A stretch of 60,693 nt of DNA, filler included, from Globobulimina sp. (GCA_003354225.1; 18 parts of 18 records of this genome joined end to end with filler, not necessarily neighbours in it); one strand, 5' to 3'. Positions 13,095 to 23,550 are shown, counted from the whole stretch's first letter. Translations and numbers: made by a program. Notes: generated by a model from the letters alone, not told the origin.

Positions 13095-13416
13095 GGAAAT
13101 AGACAGCAATTACATTTTGCATGAATCTGATCTTGATGAATTCGAACAAATCCATATATTTTTATCACAGGAAATGAAATGGCTCAATAAGTGGATATTA
13201 TATTTGCCAATATGGGTTACTCTCTCATCATCACATCAAAAACGACCGACTGCGTTGAATATCATTATGTTATTACTTGTGATTACTTGCATTGCACTCA
13301 CTTATGTTCATGCTTTTTGGAGTATGTATTTAATGTCAGCATTGAGCTCTATGCAGGACATGTTTTGGGGCCTATCGTTAGCAGTCACTATGCTCTCTCG
13401 ATGGTTATCAGTTTTG
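13095..13416 (+). CDS. Hypothetical membrane protein, 3'-partial
   Basis: Open frame with hydrophobic segments running into the spacer. Confidence 0.45.
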
Positions 13417-13516
13417 NNNNNNNNNNNNNNNNNNNNNNNNNNNNNNNNNNNNNNNNNNNNTTAATTAATTAANNNNNNNNNNNNNNNNNNNNNNNNNNNN
13501 NNNNNNNNNNNNNNNN

Positions 13517-15094
13517 TTATTTCCATTTCAAATGTATTAGACACTGAACTACCACCACGACGACCAAACAACGATATTAATATTCCATCATGATTAATAT
13601 TGCCCACTTTGCCGCAAACAACAATATCTGTCCCAGCATACAATCCTCGATATTTATTCTGTGTTAACATATTCACATTATTTCCATTTCCAACAACTGT
13701 GTTATATGTATTATAAGTCAATACAATGTATGATAACAATGGAGATTGTAAAATATTATAATATTCGGTTAAAATCGTTTCCGTTTCAGATTGCTTGACT
13801 CTTACATCAAACCCGCCATTTTGTGTTGCAATGCTACGCAATAATGGATAATCTAAATCAGTCACCCAATCGTTGCCATAATCACTGCCAATCCCCAAAC
13901 AAAATATTGATGCCGATGCAGGCTCTAATAAGTTATTATTTGCTTCGAATAATCCATTTTGTATTTCAATGGGGTCAGTAACGCCATATGTTGGCTCACC
14001 ATCGGTGATTAACACAATTTGATTGACATAGTCGAATTTGTGGCTTTCAACCGTATCCTCTTTAATTAAATCAATTGCATCAATGACTGATTGGTAGATA
14101 TTGGTCGAACCACCCGATGTATGTTCATTTATCCAATTTATACTGTCTGGCATTGTTTCACCAGTCACAGAAACCATTGATTCTGAATAAAAGGTTGAAG
14201 TGGAACTAAATAAAATAACATTAAATCTGTCAGTTCCGGCTTTTAAATTGTTAATAGCTCCAATCGTTGCAGTAACAGCCGACTCCCATTTAATTGTACC
14301 CATTGAACCAGATTTATCCAAAATAAATATAACTCGCCGAGGTAATGTTGTTTCATCCTCATAGGAGAATATATGCATAAATGTCAATGATTGCGTGTCA
14401 TACAACAATTGATGACGATTTTGCATTGTTTCTGTTTTATATCTTAATAATATTAATTCTTGTTGAATATTTGCAGAGTTTACTAAGTTAATATCAATGA
14501 TATATTCATTCGAAGACACTTTCTGAATGTTATAATGTGCATTGGTCGACGCAATAATATCTGTATATGATATATTATTTTGATCAAATAAATTAATGCT
14601 AATATCGGTGTTTGTAAATTCGGAATCAATGTTACTGTATATGTTGCTTACTAATAATGACAATTCATAATATCCAAAGCGTCTCAACATAAATCTTTCT
14701 GTAGTTATAGTCAATTTTGCCTCACCACTTTGTTGAATATTTGTTTTAATATTAAAAACATTGGCATCATGGTCTTGGAAACCAATACTGCGTTTAAACC
14801 TAATTCAACTGCATTATTGTATTCAGTTTGTGCTTCTTCTTTTTCTTTCGTTTTTCCTCTAAATATCAAGCCATTTAATTCTGCAATGAAGTATGAGATG
14901 AAAGTATCACTTTGCAATGATATTTCATAACTTAATTCAGCTGGGCTTTCAGTGTTTGTATTTACGAAATAAAAGGAATAATTAGCGAATGCATATCGAT
15001 CTTCAACAATGATATCAATGGTTTGGGATTGCAAAGATATGTCAGCTCCCATGGACAGAGCCATGGTTGCTAGAAAAGCAAGTCGCAGCGACAT
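13517..15094 (-). CDS. Secreted VIT + vWA protein (inter-alpha-trypsin inhibitor heavy chain-like), 3'-partial, with a -1 frame break near 14770-14800
   Basis: Signal peptide, VIT-like N-terminus (KEKEEAQTEYNNAV), vWA motifs FILDKSGSM, GSTNI and LITDG, and SPLL/DIVVCGK. Two ORFs overlap out of frame and no usable intron was found. Confidence 0.8.
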
Positions 15095-15144
15095 GATATA
15101 TGAGCAGTAAGGTTTGACAAATTAAAAACTGTTCAGCAAAAACA

Positions 15145-15984
15145 ATGCCTCTCAATGCGGACCGACCAACTGCTGTAATAACAGGTGCCTCCTCAGGTTT
15201 TGGTAAAGGTGTTGCGATAGCATTGATTGAAAATGGTTGGAATATTTGTATGATTGCAAGATCAGTGGATAAAATGCAACAAATTGCAGCCAAGTATGGT
15301 GATGCAAATAATTGTATTAAAATAATCAAATGTGATGTACTTAATACACCAGAAATATTTGAAAGTTGTAAAGAAATAAGATTGTGGTGTAAAGACAATA
15401 TGAATTTATTACTCAACAATGTTGGTGGCCCTCCGGGATTTGACAAAACCTTAGAAACCACAACATTGAATGACTGGGAATATGCAATGAATTTAAATTT
15501 GCGATCAGCATTTTTATTTACAAAGCAATTATTACCATCATTAAAAAATGCTGCATCCACTTCATGCAAATATAAAAATAATATATATGATGCCTCAGTA
15601 ATTAATGTTAGCTCTGGAATATCTACAGATGCATCGGCTGATTTTGCAATGTCATACACTGTGGCTAAAGCTGGCTTGAATCAATTAACAAAAGTAAATG
15701 CATTCGAATTAAGCAAATATAAAATCAGAGTCAATTGTATCTTACCTGGATATGTACCAACCGGTATATTGGGGAACAAAAAAGTTGCATTCACTGAAGC
15801 AATGCAAGAAGAATTTGAGACTAAAGCATTGAGTGTTGTACCACTTGGTAAACATGGCAGTATTGCTGATATTGTGCAAATTGTAAAATTTCTGTCAAGC
15901 AAAAAAGAATCTGGGTGGATGACCGGACAATTAATTGGTTTGGATGGTGGATACAGTCTGCTTGGTGCATCCGCACAGTTGTAA
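15145..15984 (+). CDS. Short-chain dehydrogenase/reductase
   Basis: TGASSGFG, NNVG, YTVAK (YxxxK), IRVNCILPG and TGQ..LDGG motifs; AT-rich host-like codon use. Confidence 0.92.
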   Translation: MPLNADRPTAVITGASSGFGKGVAIALIENGWNICMIARSVDKMQQIAAKYGDANNCIKIIKCDVLNTPEIFESCKEIRLWCKDNMNLLLNNVGGPPGFDKTLETTTLNDWEYAMNLNLRSAFLFTKQLLPSLKNAASTSCKYKNNIYDASVINVSSGISTDASADFAMSYTVAKAGLNQLTKVNAFELSKYKIRVNCILPGYVPTGILGNKKVAFTEAMQEEFETKALSVVPLGKHGSIADIVQIVKFLSSKKESGWMTGQLIGLDGGYSLLGASAQL

Positions 15985-16106
15985 CTATATTTGTATACAT
16001 CAATGTACACACTTTTTAATTTTAATATTATTTCAATACGTACAGTGTCAGTATTATATACCTTATAAGTTATAATATTATGATCGCAGGCTTCTGATTG
16101 GTCGAA

Positions 16107-16157
16107 TTATAACTTTTTCCATTTACGATTATAAACGCGAGTAGCGATATCGACCAT
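16107..16157 (-). pseudogene. pncB: 5' fragment of bacterial nicotinate phosphoribosyltransferase
   Basis: MVDIATRVYNRKWK matches my recollection of the alphaproteobacterial PncB N-terminus. It lies 27 nt downstream of pncA with an AGAGG ribosome-binding-like motif and stops after 16 codons. Confidence 0.65.
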
Positions 16158-16184
16158 GAGGGGCCTCTTCGTTGGAAATAACGG

Positions 16185-16775
16185 TTAGACAGACACACCT
16201 GCCGCTTGCATCGCATTCAACGCTGCAGCAAGCGACCCATCCAGATCTATTGCGCGGCAGGCCTCGAGCCGCACTGTCACATTAAATCCAAGATTTGCTG
16301 CATCCACTGCCGAAAAATGCACACAGAAATCAGTGGCAAGCCCAACCAGTGTCAGATCCGTTATGCCACGATTGCGCAAATAACCTTCAAGGCCGGTTGG
16401 GGTGCTTTGATCGTTCTCAAAAAACGCAGAATAGCTGTCGATCGCGGATCGGAACCCTTTGCGAAGGATCAGGTCGGCGTTCGTTCGCAAATCGGCGTGA
16501 AACCCAGCGCCATGGGAGCCTTGCACGCAATGATCTGGCCATAGAACCTGCGGTCCATAATGCATGTCCTTCATGTCATAGGGTGCCCCACCAGTATGGG
16601 ATGTGGCAAACGACGAATGCCCAGCGGGGTGCCAATCTTGGGTAAGGACCACGGCATCGAAATCGTCCATCATGGCGTTGATATCGGCGACAATCTCTTC
16701 GCCGCCGGGAACGGCCAGACCACCACCTGTACAAAAATCATTTTGAACATCAATCACGATCAAAGCATTGGTCAT
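16185..16775 (-). CDS. pncA: Bacterial nicotinamidase/pyrazinamidase (Rhodobacteraceae-like)
   Basis: ALIVIDVQNDF, TQDWHP..H, WPDHCVQGS.GA, RKG..DSYSAF and GLATDFCV motifs. Intronless, visibly GC-richer than the host, with an upstream AGAGGGA Shine-Dalgarno-like motif. Confidence 0.95.
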   Translation of the reverse strand: MTNALIVIDVQNDFCTGGGLAVPGGEEIVADINAMMDDFDAVVLTQDWHPAGHSSFATSHTGGAPYDMKDMHYGPQVLWPDHCVQGSHGAGFHADLRTNADLILRKGFRSAIDSYSAFFENDQSTPTGLEGYLRNRGITDLTLVGLATDFCVHFSAVDAANLGFNVTVRLEACRAIDLDGSLAAALNAMQAAGVSV

Positions 16776-17086
16776 CAGTCTATCCCTCTTGTCTNNNNNN
16801 NNNNNNNNNNNNNNNNNNNNNNNNNNNNNNNNNNNNNNTTAATTAATTAANNNNNNNNNNNNNNNNNNNNNNNNNNNNNNNNNNNNNNNNNNNNAGAGAA
16901 CCGTTTGTAATGTCTTCGTTCCAATTTTTTTCGTAAGTTAGAGGTCACCGAACTCATTTGTGACTATTTTTTCGTAATCGATGGTTATTTTTGTCTTAAT
17001 TAATTAAATGTCCGCCATTTCATAATCATGATTCAAATCATTCAATTTCAGCCAGATTCATACTTTATCGGAGAAAGACAAGTTAT

Positions 17087-18219
17087 TCATTTCGAACACT
17101 CGGGTGCTTTTTGGACAACATTTTTCGAAAGATCAATACAACAACCAGTAAAATACAGACCCAGTGATAGGTCTTGAAACCAGTCACTGAAGGTTTCTGA
17201 AATAATACATACGGTGACTGTGATGAAACCAGTCACTTGAGTGTGTGACTGTGATGGTGGATTGGTTGGTGATACCTTTGATGTGTCTGGTATTGATCTT
17301 GCTTTCTCAATCGTATCTGCATCAAAGCAAATGATTGGTGCAGATTGTTGGTAGTTATCACTACTGCATTCCATCTCAATACTGCTCCCAGGATAATGCA
17401 CTATCTGTAAGCCTGCTAACTTTGAAAAATTAGACCGTCCGTTTTGACGATACACCACTTTACATAATTCAGGACATGAAAATGTTGAATTATGTGCATC
17501 CAATGAACCATCTTCGATATACAAAAATGCTGATGCTGAATGCGCTGTCTCCACAGAAATATCGAACGATGTTGTGCCACCAAATTTAATGTTTAATTTC
17601 ACATCTTTTGCTGCATTGTCTACTGTAATTCCAATGTTTGAAACAGATTCCAATACAATTATAATCTCAATACGAGCTGCTAATCTTCTTCGATCATAAC
17701 TTACAATGGCGGTGTTGTTTGCAAAATCATTAATTTGAATATTCGAACAGTTTGTTAATTGTACAAAACATCCATAATTTGCTGGGCAATGTATTGTTCT
17801 GTCCCTCATTGCAATCCAAGTTATGTCGCACACTCGGTTCGGTTGACGATCATCGCAAATATAAACGCATGCTGGATCAGCCCACGAACTAATCTCATTT
17901 GTAGAAAATGTGATGTGTTTTGGATTCACACTTTCATCAATACTTTGAATTGTCAATGATGATTTCGCAAAATAATCACCAGAAATATATATCACTAGGA
18001 TTATGGGTTGTTCTCCCCGCTTGATTGACATCTCTCTGTAACCTGTGTGAATATGTTGCCTTCAGTTGTGCACGGCGAGGCAGCACAGGTCCATCTTCTG
18101 ATCAACCATTCTTCCTTACTATACCATTTGTCACTGATAAAAATTACAGCAATCACAAAAATGACAAAATAAATATATGTTGGCACATCTCCAGATATTG
18201 TGGAAGCATCAAGTGTCAT
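17087..18219 (-). CDS. Hypothetical Cys-containing surface/secreted protein, possibly frameshifted (ORFs 18001-18219 and 17087-18031 overlap)
   Basis: A TM-bearing short ORF overlaps a 314-aa ORF that has an RRRL motif and a P/T-rich segment. Confidence 0.4.
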
Positions 18220-18384
18220 TGAATTGATTCGATTAATTTGATTGATTTTGGGGTATCAGGCACTGTATAAATGGTATTCAATGTTTATAAGGTTGAGACT
18301 GATTTAGTATGCCATGTTCTGATCGAAAACTTCAGTAAAAACTTTTTAATACTTTTGATCTCTAAAACAGAAGTCACTAAAATT

Positions 18385-19449
18385 TCATTCAAGTAACAGA
18401 GGTTCCAAAGATTGCCACAAGACAGGATTCACTTTATCAACAAGTTGTTGTTTTGTAAACCACCCAAAATCATCAACAATGTCATTGATCTCTGGTCTCC
18501 CATTCCCGGAAACATAATATCCTTTTTGAAAAAACAATTGTCCGCCTTTCTTACCGTATTCACTTTCTTGCGTTTCATCATATTCATATTGTTTATGTCC
18601 AAAGGGTTGCTGTGTAATGGCACTGTAATGCAAATATGGTCCAATTCTTTGAGACAACGCTCTGTGCGCAGTTTCAAATAAGGTTTCATTAAATTGCCTG
18701 GTGCTCCATGGGAACTCCCAATATGATTTATCTTTTATTTTCGTCAATAAATATAGCCGTAAATCTAAACACCGGTTCAATGAATGATATTCCTTTAAAA
18801 TGTCATGCTCAGTCACTCTGGGCCTTATTCTCTCATTCTTCTCTTTTTCAGCATCATCACTTTTGATTTGGTCAATGTATAATTCACGAAAATATTTGGG
18901 CATATCTTGCAATAATTTTATCTCTCTTAATACGGATTTATACTCTTCTTCGGCTCTGTACACACGGCTTATTATCGGTAATCGCTCGATAATCAACATT
19001 GAATATACAAAATATGGATGGAGCGCATCGATATCATCTTCGGTTTCTGCATCAATCGATTTAACCACTGATTCAATCTCATGCTCATTGTATAGCGATG
19101 GGATATTGCCAATATTTATGGCTTCACCATCCAATGTTTCATTCGCTTGCCATTGTTTATATAATTCGATTTGTGCTTTTTCTGTTGCTTCTTCTAAGCT
19201 GCTTTTCTCTCGTTTTTGCTTTTCCTGCCGTTTTATCCATGCTTTCATTGCAATTAAGCCCCTTCTTTTGCTGATAATAATACCATTCGAATTCTTTATG
19301 TTTTTGAAATTTCCGGAAAGATTGTTGTTTATATTCATGCCAAAACATGATGTATGCAAAAAAGATTGTGAGCTCTGAATGTGGTGAGAATAAAACTGAT
19401 AATTGTGTGGTTTCGCCCTGCTCAGTGAGCGGGAAGATCGTAGTGCCAT
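18385..19449 (-). CDS. MRPL46: Mitochondrial ribosomal protein mL46
   Basis: Arg/Ser-rich transit-like start MALRSSRSLSR; IIERLPII, PRVTE.D, SLNRCLD..LYLL, WEFP and ETLFETAHRAL motifs with a Nudix-like C-terminus. Confidence 0.75.
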   Translation of the reverse strand: MALRSSRSLSRAKPHNYQFYSHHIQSSQSFLHTSCFGMNINNNLSGNFKNIKNSNGIIISKRRGLIAMKAWIKRQEKQKREKSSLEEATEKAQIELYKQWQANETLDGEAINIGNIPSLYNEHEIESVVKSIDAETEDDIDALHPYFVYSMLIIERLPIISRVYRAEEEYKSVLREIKLLQDMPKYFRELYIDQIKSDDAEKEKNERIRPRVTEHDILKEYHSLNRCLDLRLYLLTKIKDKSYWEFPWSTRQFNETLFETAHRALSQRIGPYLHYSAITQQPFGHKQYEYDETQESEYGKKGGQLFFQKGYYVSGNGRPEINDIVDDFGWFTKQQLVDKVNPVLWQSLEPLLLE

Positions 19450-19504
19450 AATTGCTTTACATAAATTTAAAAACTTTGCTACTACCTCTCTTTTATTAAG
19501 TACA

Positions 19505-20172
19505 ATGGCAGAACAACCTAGTGCGGGTTTAGAAGAATTAAAATTGCGACAAGAAACATTATTAACCAAACTGGGATCACTCCAATCGCGCGTGAATAGC
19601 ATCCAAAGAGAGCAAAATATTCCGTACGATACAAAAAATATAACCAGCTCACAATTTAAACAGTTACAATCAAAACAGTCCCAAATCTTTGACAGATTAT
19701 TAGACATTGCAGGTAAAATTGAAGGTATTGCATCCAAACAAAAGATTGAGTTACCAGCAGGAAATGAAGTATCAGCAGTTATAGATTCTATGGCTAAAAA
19801 TCTCGAAAAACGACAAAAACGAACATTGAGTCAATTAAAATTGTTATCAACCGTTGCAACATCGATTCAAACCTTCGCGATGACGCAAGAGATTAAGAAT
19901 TTGATCATTGATAAGCCGGCGCCGCAGAAAGAGGTTCAAGAGGAAGAAAAAAAAGAGAGTATCCAAGTAAATGCGTATAAATCACGCACCTATGATTTGG
20001 AATTAGTATCGGAAGCATTGCGCGCAGAATGTAAACGAATGGATAATTATAATACTGGCAATGGACAGATTCGCAAACAGCAATTAAACAGTTTATTAGA
20101 GAAAGTAACATTGATTGATGTGGAGAAAAGTATATTGAATGAAGCTCATATTCAATTAATTATAGATTCATT
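19505..20172 (+). CDS. Coiled-coil hypothetical protein, 3'-partial
   Basis: Heptad-rich open frame from ATG 19505 to the contig end, head-to-head with mL46. Confidence 0.6.
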
Positions 20173-20272
20173 NNNNNNNNNNNNNNNNNNNNNNNNNNNN
20201 NNNNNNNNNNNNNNNNTTAATTAATTAANNNNNNNNNNNNNNNNNNNNNNNNNNNNNNNNNNNNNNNNNNNN

Positions 20273-20810
20273 TGGTGGTTGGTGATGGTTATTTCGGGGC
20301 AAAATGGTGATGGTTATTTCGGGCAAAGTGGTGGTTGGTGATGGTTATTTCGGGGCAAAATGGTGATGGTTATTTCGGGGCAAAATGGTGATGGTTATTT
20401 CGGGCAAAGTGGTGATGGTTATTTCGTTGCATATTTAAAGTGACGACGAGAGAACGTCCATATGAGCTAGAGACAGCGTAAAAGGGAGTCACCGCGTTGA
20501 CTCACTTTCAAACTGGTGATGGTTATTTCGGGGCAAAGTGGTGGTTGGTGATGGTTATTTCGGGGCAAAATGGTGATGGTTTTTTCGGGGCCAAATTGGG
20601 GCTATTTCGGGGCAAAATGGTGGTCTTTTCGGGGCAGTTTGGTGGTTGGTGATGGCTCTTTCGGGGCAGTTTGGTGCAATTTGGCGGTTGGTGACTTCGG
20701 GGCATTAAGGTGGTTGGTGACGGTCATTTCGTGGCAGTTTGGTGGTGGATGTTTCGTGGCAGTTTCGTGATGGATATTTCGGGGCAAATTGGTGAGGGGT
20801 TTTTCGGTGC
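20273..20810. repeat. Tandem minisatellite, core TGGTGATGGTTATTTCGGGGCAAAA (~25 bp, optional TGGTGGT prefix)
   Basis: Near-identical units at 20273-20426, a unique ~86-bp interruption, then progressively degenerate units to about 20810. Confidence 0.95.
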
Positions 20811-20866
20811 AAGATAATGGTTCAGAAAAAAGTTCATTGTGCTAAAAACATCAAAGTCTACAAGTC

Positions 20867-22033
20867 ATGGCGTCGACACACCGTGCAGATGCAAGCCTAC
20901 ATACAGAGTGGTACAGTACTAGTTGGTTTAAGGCATACACTGCGGCACTGACCCTCAATGTATTAGGAACCAACAAGCCTGAGGAAATAATCGCCAACAT
21001 TAAGAAAGTGTGTCATGCCATACACTCCCTACCAAACAAAGGGTGTGTGGTGAACACCGAGGGATTCACAGTGCGCGAACAAATTGTTTTTTGGAATGAT
21101 AATGGATACAAAGACGTGAGACCTATTGAAGAGTTAATTAAGTTGGATTCATCAATGGTCCTTTGGAGTCTGTTTACCATCCATTTTAGTGCAACGGAAT
21201 CCCACGTAATTCCTTTTGTAATCAATAAACCATTTTGTCGCTGCTGGGATGTCGACGAGCGTTACACTCACCGTGAGAAGACGCAAATACTCCGTTTTTT
21301 ACGTAGTAGGATGAAGGGTATAAGAGTTGCGTGGTACCACCCAAAAGAAAACATGAACATTGCCGTGTTGGTTAACGGAAAACCACGCGGTAGTTGTTAC
21401 AGCTTGGCGGTTATCACGTTGTATGTCGCCCTTTTGATTTATAATGGGACACCATACTGGCAGCAAATTATCATTAAAGAGAGCGAGCCATTGACAACGC
21501 TGCTGTTTGGTCCGGTCGTTTGGCAGTACTGCGACAAGAATGAGGTGTTAAGAAAGGTTGACTGCGATCAGAAAGAGTTAACCGCCTCGTTACAAGGTCT
21601 ATTGGAAGGATTTCAGCGTCATTTTGCTGACTGGAGACGCCACGCTTTAGTACTTTTGTCAGAGATTGAACGACAACCGTTTTCCTTCCATTTTAAAGAA
21701 CCGGTGGATGAGGAAAAATATGGAATTACAGACTACTTCTCTGTGGTGAAAGAACCAATGGATTTGTCAACTTTGGCAATCAACACGTTATTGGGACAAC
21801 ATACGGAAATGGCGGAGTTTGTAAAAGGATTTCAATTAATTGAAAAGGCAGCAAGAACTTATAATGGGGCGCAGCATGTGGTTCAGCGACAAGCACAGGA
21901 AATGCAACAGTATTTCATGGCACGTTTTAGCATAGTCGTTGACTGCTGTGGTGATAAAACCATACAAAGCAAATGGGAACGCTTGAAACACGGTGGAGGT
22001 GCTGAAATTGCGAGGAAAAATGTGAAAAAGTGA
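20867..22033 (+). CDS. Intronless protein with a C-terminal bromodomain
   Basis: FHFKEPVD..YGITDYFSVVKEPMDLSTL..FQLI..AARTYN. The N-terminal domain is unassigned. Confidence 0.85.
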   Translation: MASTHRADASLHTEWYSTSWFKAYTAALTLNVLGTNKPEEIIANIKKVCHAIHSLPNKGCVVNTEGFTVREQIVFWNDNGYKDVRPIEELIKLDSSMVLWSLFTIHFSATESHVIPFVINKPFCRCWDVDERYTHREKTQILRFLRSRMKGIRVAWYHPKENMNIAVLVNGKPRGSCYSLAVITLYVALLIYNGTPYWQQIIIKESEPLTTLLFGPVVWQYCDKNEVLRKVDCDQKELTASLQGLLEGFQRHFADWRRHALVLLSEIERQPFSFHFKEPVDEEKYGITDYFSVVKEPMDLSTLAINTLLGQHTEMAEFVKGFQLIEKAARTYNGAQHVVQRQAQEMQQYFMARFSIVVDCCGDKTIQSKWERLKHGGGAEIARKNVKK

Positions 22034-22721
22034 CCTGTCTCTTTTGTTGTTTTTTTTGTTGTAACGTATTTTACACTTTCATATTTTTAGTCTAATTGGT
22101 GATAAACAGTGCTGCTTTAATTAAGAAAAAACAACGTGTTACGTGTTGTTTGCAAAATTAGGCTAAATTTGCGGATCTTGTGATGTGTCTGTTTGTACAC
22201 TGTTCCGCTCAGACCTGAAAAACATAGCTAGAACAACCCTTTGTGGGAACGTACTGTTTGTGACACTGTTTTAATGTAACCTGAAAAAGGTGCTAATTTT
22301 GCTGGTATTAAAAAACAGTATACAACACACTGTTCAATAAAATACAGTGTACCCAATATTGTGTCAACACGCTTCATAGACGGCAGTGCAAGGATAGATT
22401 TTTCCAGGATTCTACCATATGAAATAAGAGACAAACAAATCTATGGAATAAAGGTAAAAATTTGTCGTCTATGAGGTGAGAACCCTGATATTAAGATTTT
22501 CTTCAAGTGAGCTAGTCATCTTTTTGACGTACAGTACCGTTTCGAAAATATAGACATGTAAGAAATGACAAATAAGTTAAAAAAAACCAGACAATCCAAC
22601 AAAACAATAGAGGAGAAAAGAAAAGTTGAATAAAGGAATTATATTAACAATCACCAAAAAAAGGTCGGCATTTTACTAAAATATTTTTTTATACAAACAA
22701 AAACAGTAAAAACGAATTTAT

Positions 22722-23550
22722 TTAATCGTCGGATTCTTCAGCTTCTTCATCGGTGGCTTGCTCCGACAACACATCCAAATAATCTTTCTCTAAGAAACCC
22801 AAATCTTCTCTGGCTTCTGCGAATTCGCCCTCTTCCATTCCTTCACCGACATACCAATGAACAAAGGCGCGCTGCGAATACATCAAATCGTATTTCTTAC
22901 TGATTCGCTCACTGAACACGCGCGAAATGGCCGTATTATTACCAATCATCACAATATTTCTCTTTGCCGGCGCGACATCGTCATCAGGCAACACAGCTGG
23001 CGGTTCATCATTTAATCCGACTTTGAAACCGGTCGGACACCATTCCACAAAGGTTACCTTCTTATTCGTCTTCAACCATTGGACCGTCGCATTCGCCTCT
23101 TTCGCCTTCACATCGCCGCGATAATTCACTGAAATCGCCATATATTTATCTTCCTCGGCGTCAAAATCTGCAATTCTGAGTTAAAAAAATTTTAAAGTGC
23201 GATTTTGCGTACATATATTTAAAAAAAAACTAAACTTTGTGAAGAAATTTTGCGCTGCAAAACAAGTTTCGGTAATACCCTGAATATCACATCTCGCGGT
23301 TTCCATTTTTTTTGGTGTCACAACGGGCGCCATGGCAGTAATCATAAAATGTAATCGAGGGAAAGGCACTAAATTGGTCTGAAACTCATTCAAATCCACA
23401 TTTAATTCACCTTCAAATCGTAACGAAGCAGTCATGGAGGATATGCATTTGGTAATTAACCGATTCAAATTGTCATAAGATGGTCTTTTGCGATCCAACC
23501 ATTTCTGACAAATCTCATAAATGGCCTAGTTATCCAATAAGATGGATATT
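22722..23550 (-). CDS. TUBA: Divergent alpha-tubulin (Retaria alpha2-type), 5'-partial; intron 23176-23235; in-frame TAG at 23526-23528
   Basis: SLRFEGELNVDLNEFQTNLVPFPRLHF, FVEWCPTGFKVG and RAFVHWYVGEGMEEGEFAEAREDL motifs, with many substitutions at normally invariant sites. Confidence 0.95.

Noticed and set aside
18800-19737. Long overlap between the mL46 ORF and the opposite-strand ORF, and other antisense ORFs in the track
   Set aside because: Using ATG 19449 (-) and ATG 19505 (+) removes the overlap. The remaining antisense ORFs are shadows of real genes.
20523-20787. Short Pro/His-rich and Gly/Trp-rich ORFs; also the ORFs at 28955-29203 and 29673-29954
   Set aside because: These are translations of tandem repeats with no coding evidence.
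20273-20810. CRISPR array or telomere
   Set aside because: Units are contiguous with no unique spacers and there are no cas genes. The G-rich strand runs towards the gene rather than towards the end, and units are heterogeneous.
22530-22560. TA-CAGTACCG.. as a Tc1-like terminal repeat bounding the bromodomain region
   Set aside because: No matching inverted partner was found in the contig.
23526-23528. Genome-wide stop-codon reassignment (TAG=Glu)
   Set aside because: This is a single case near a contig end. Long Glu-rich ORFs contain no in-frame TAG, and TAG appears to end the genes at 24949 and 38880.
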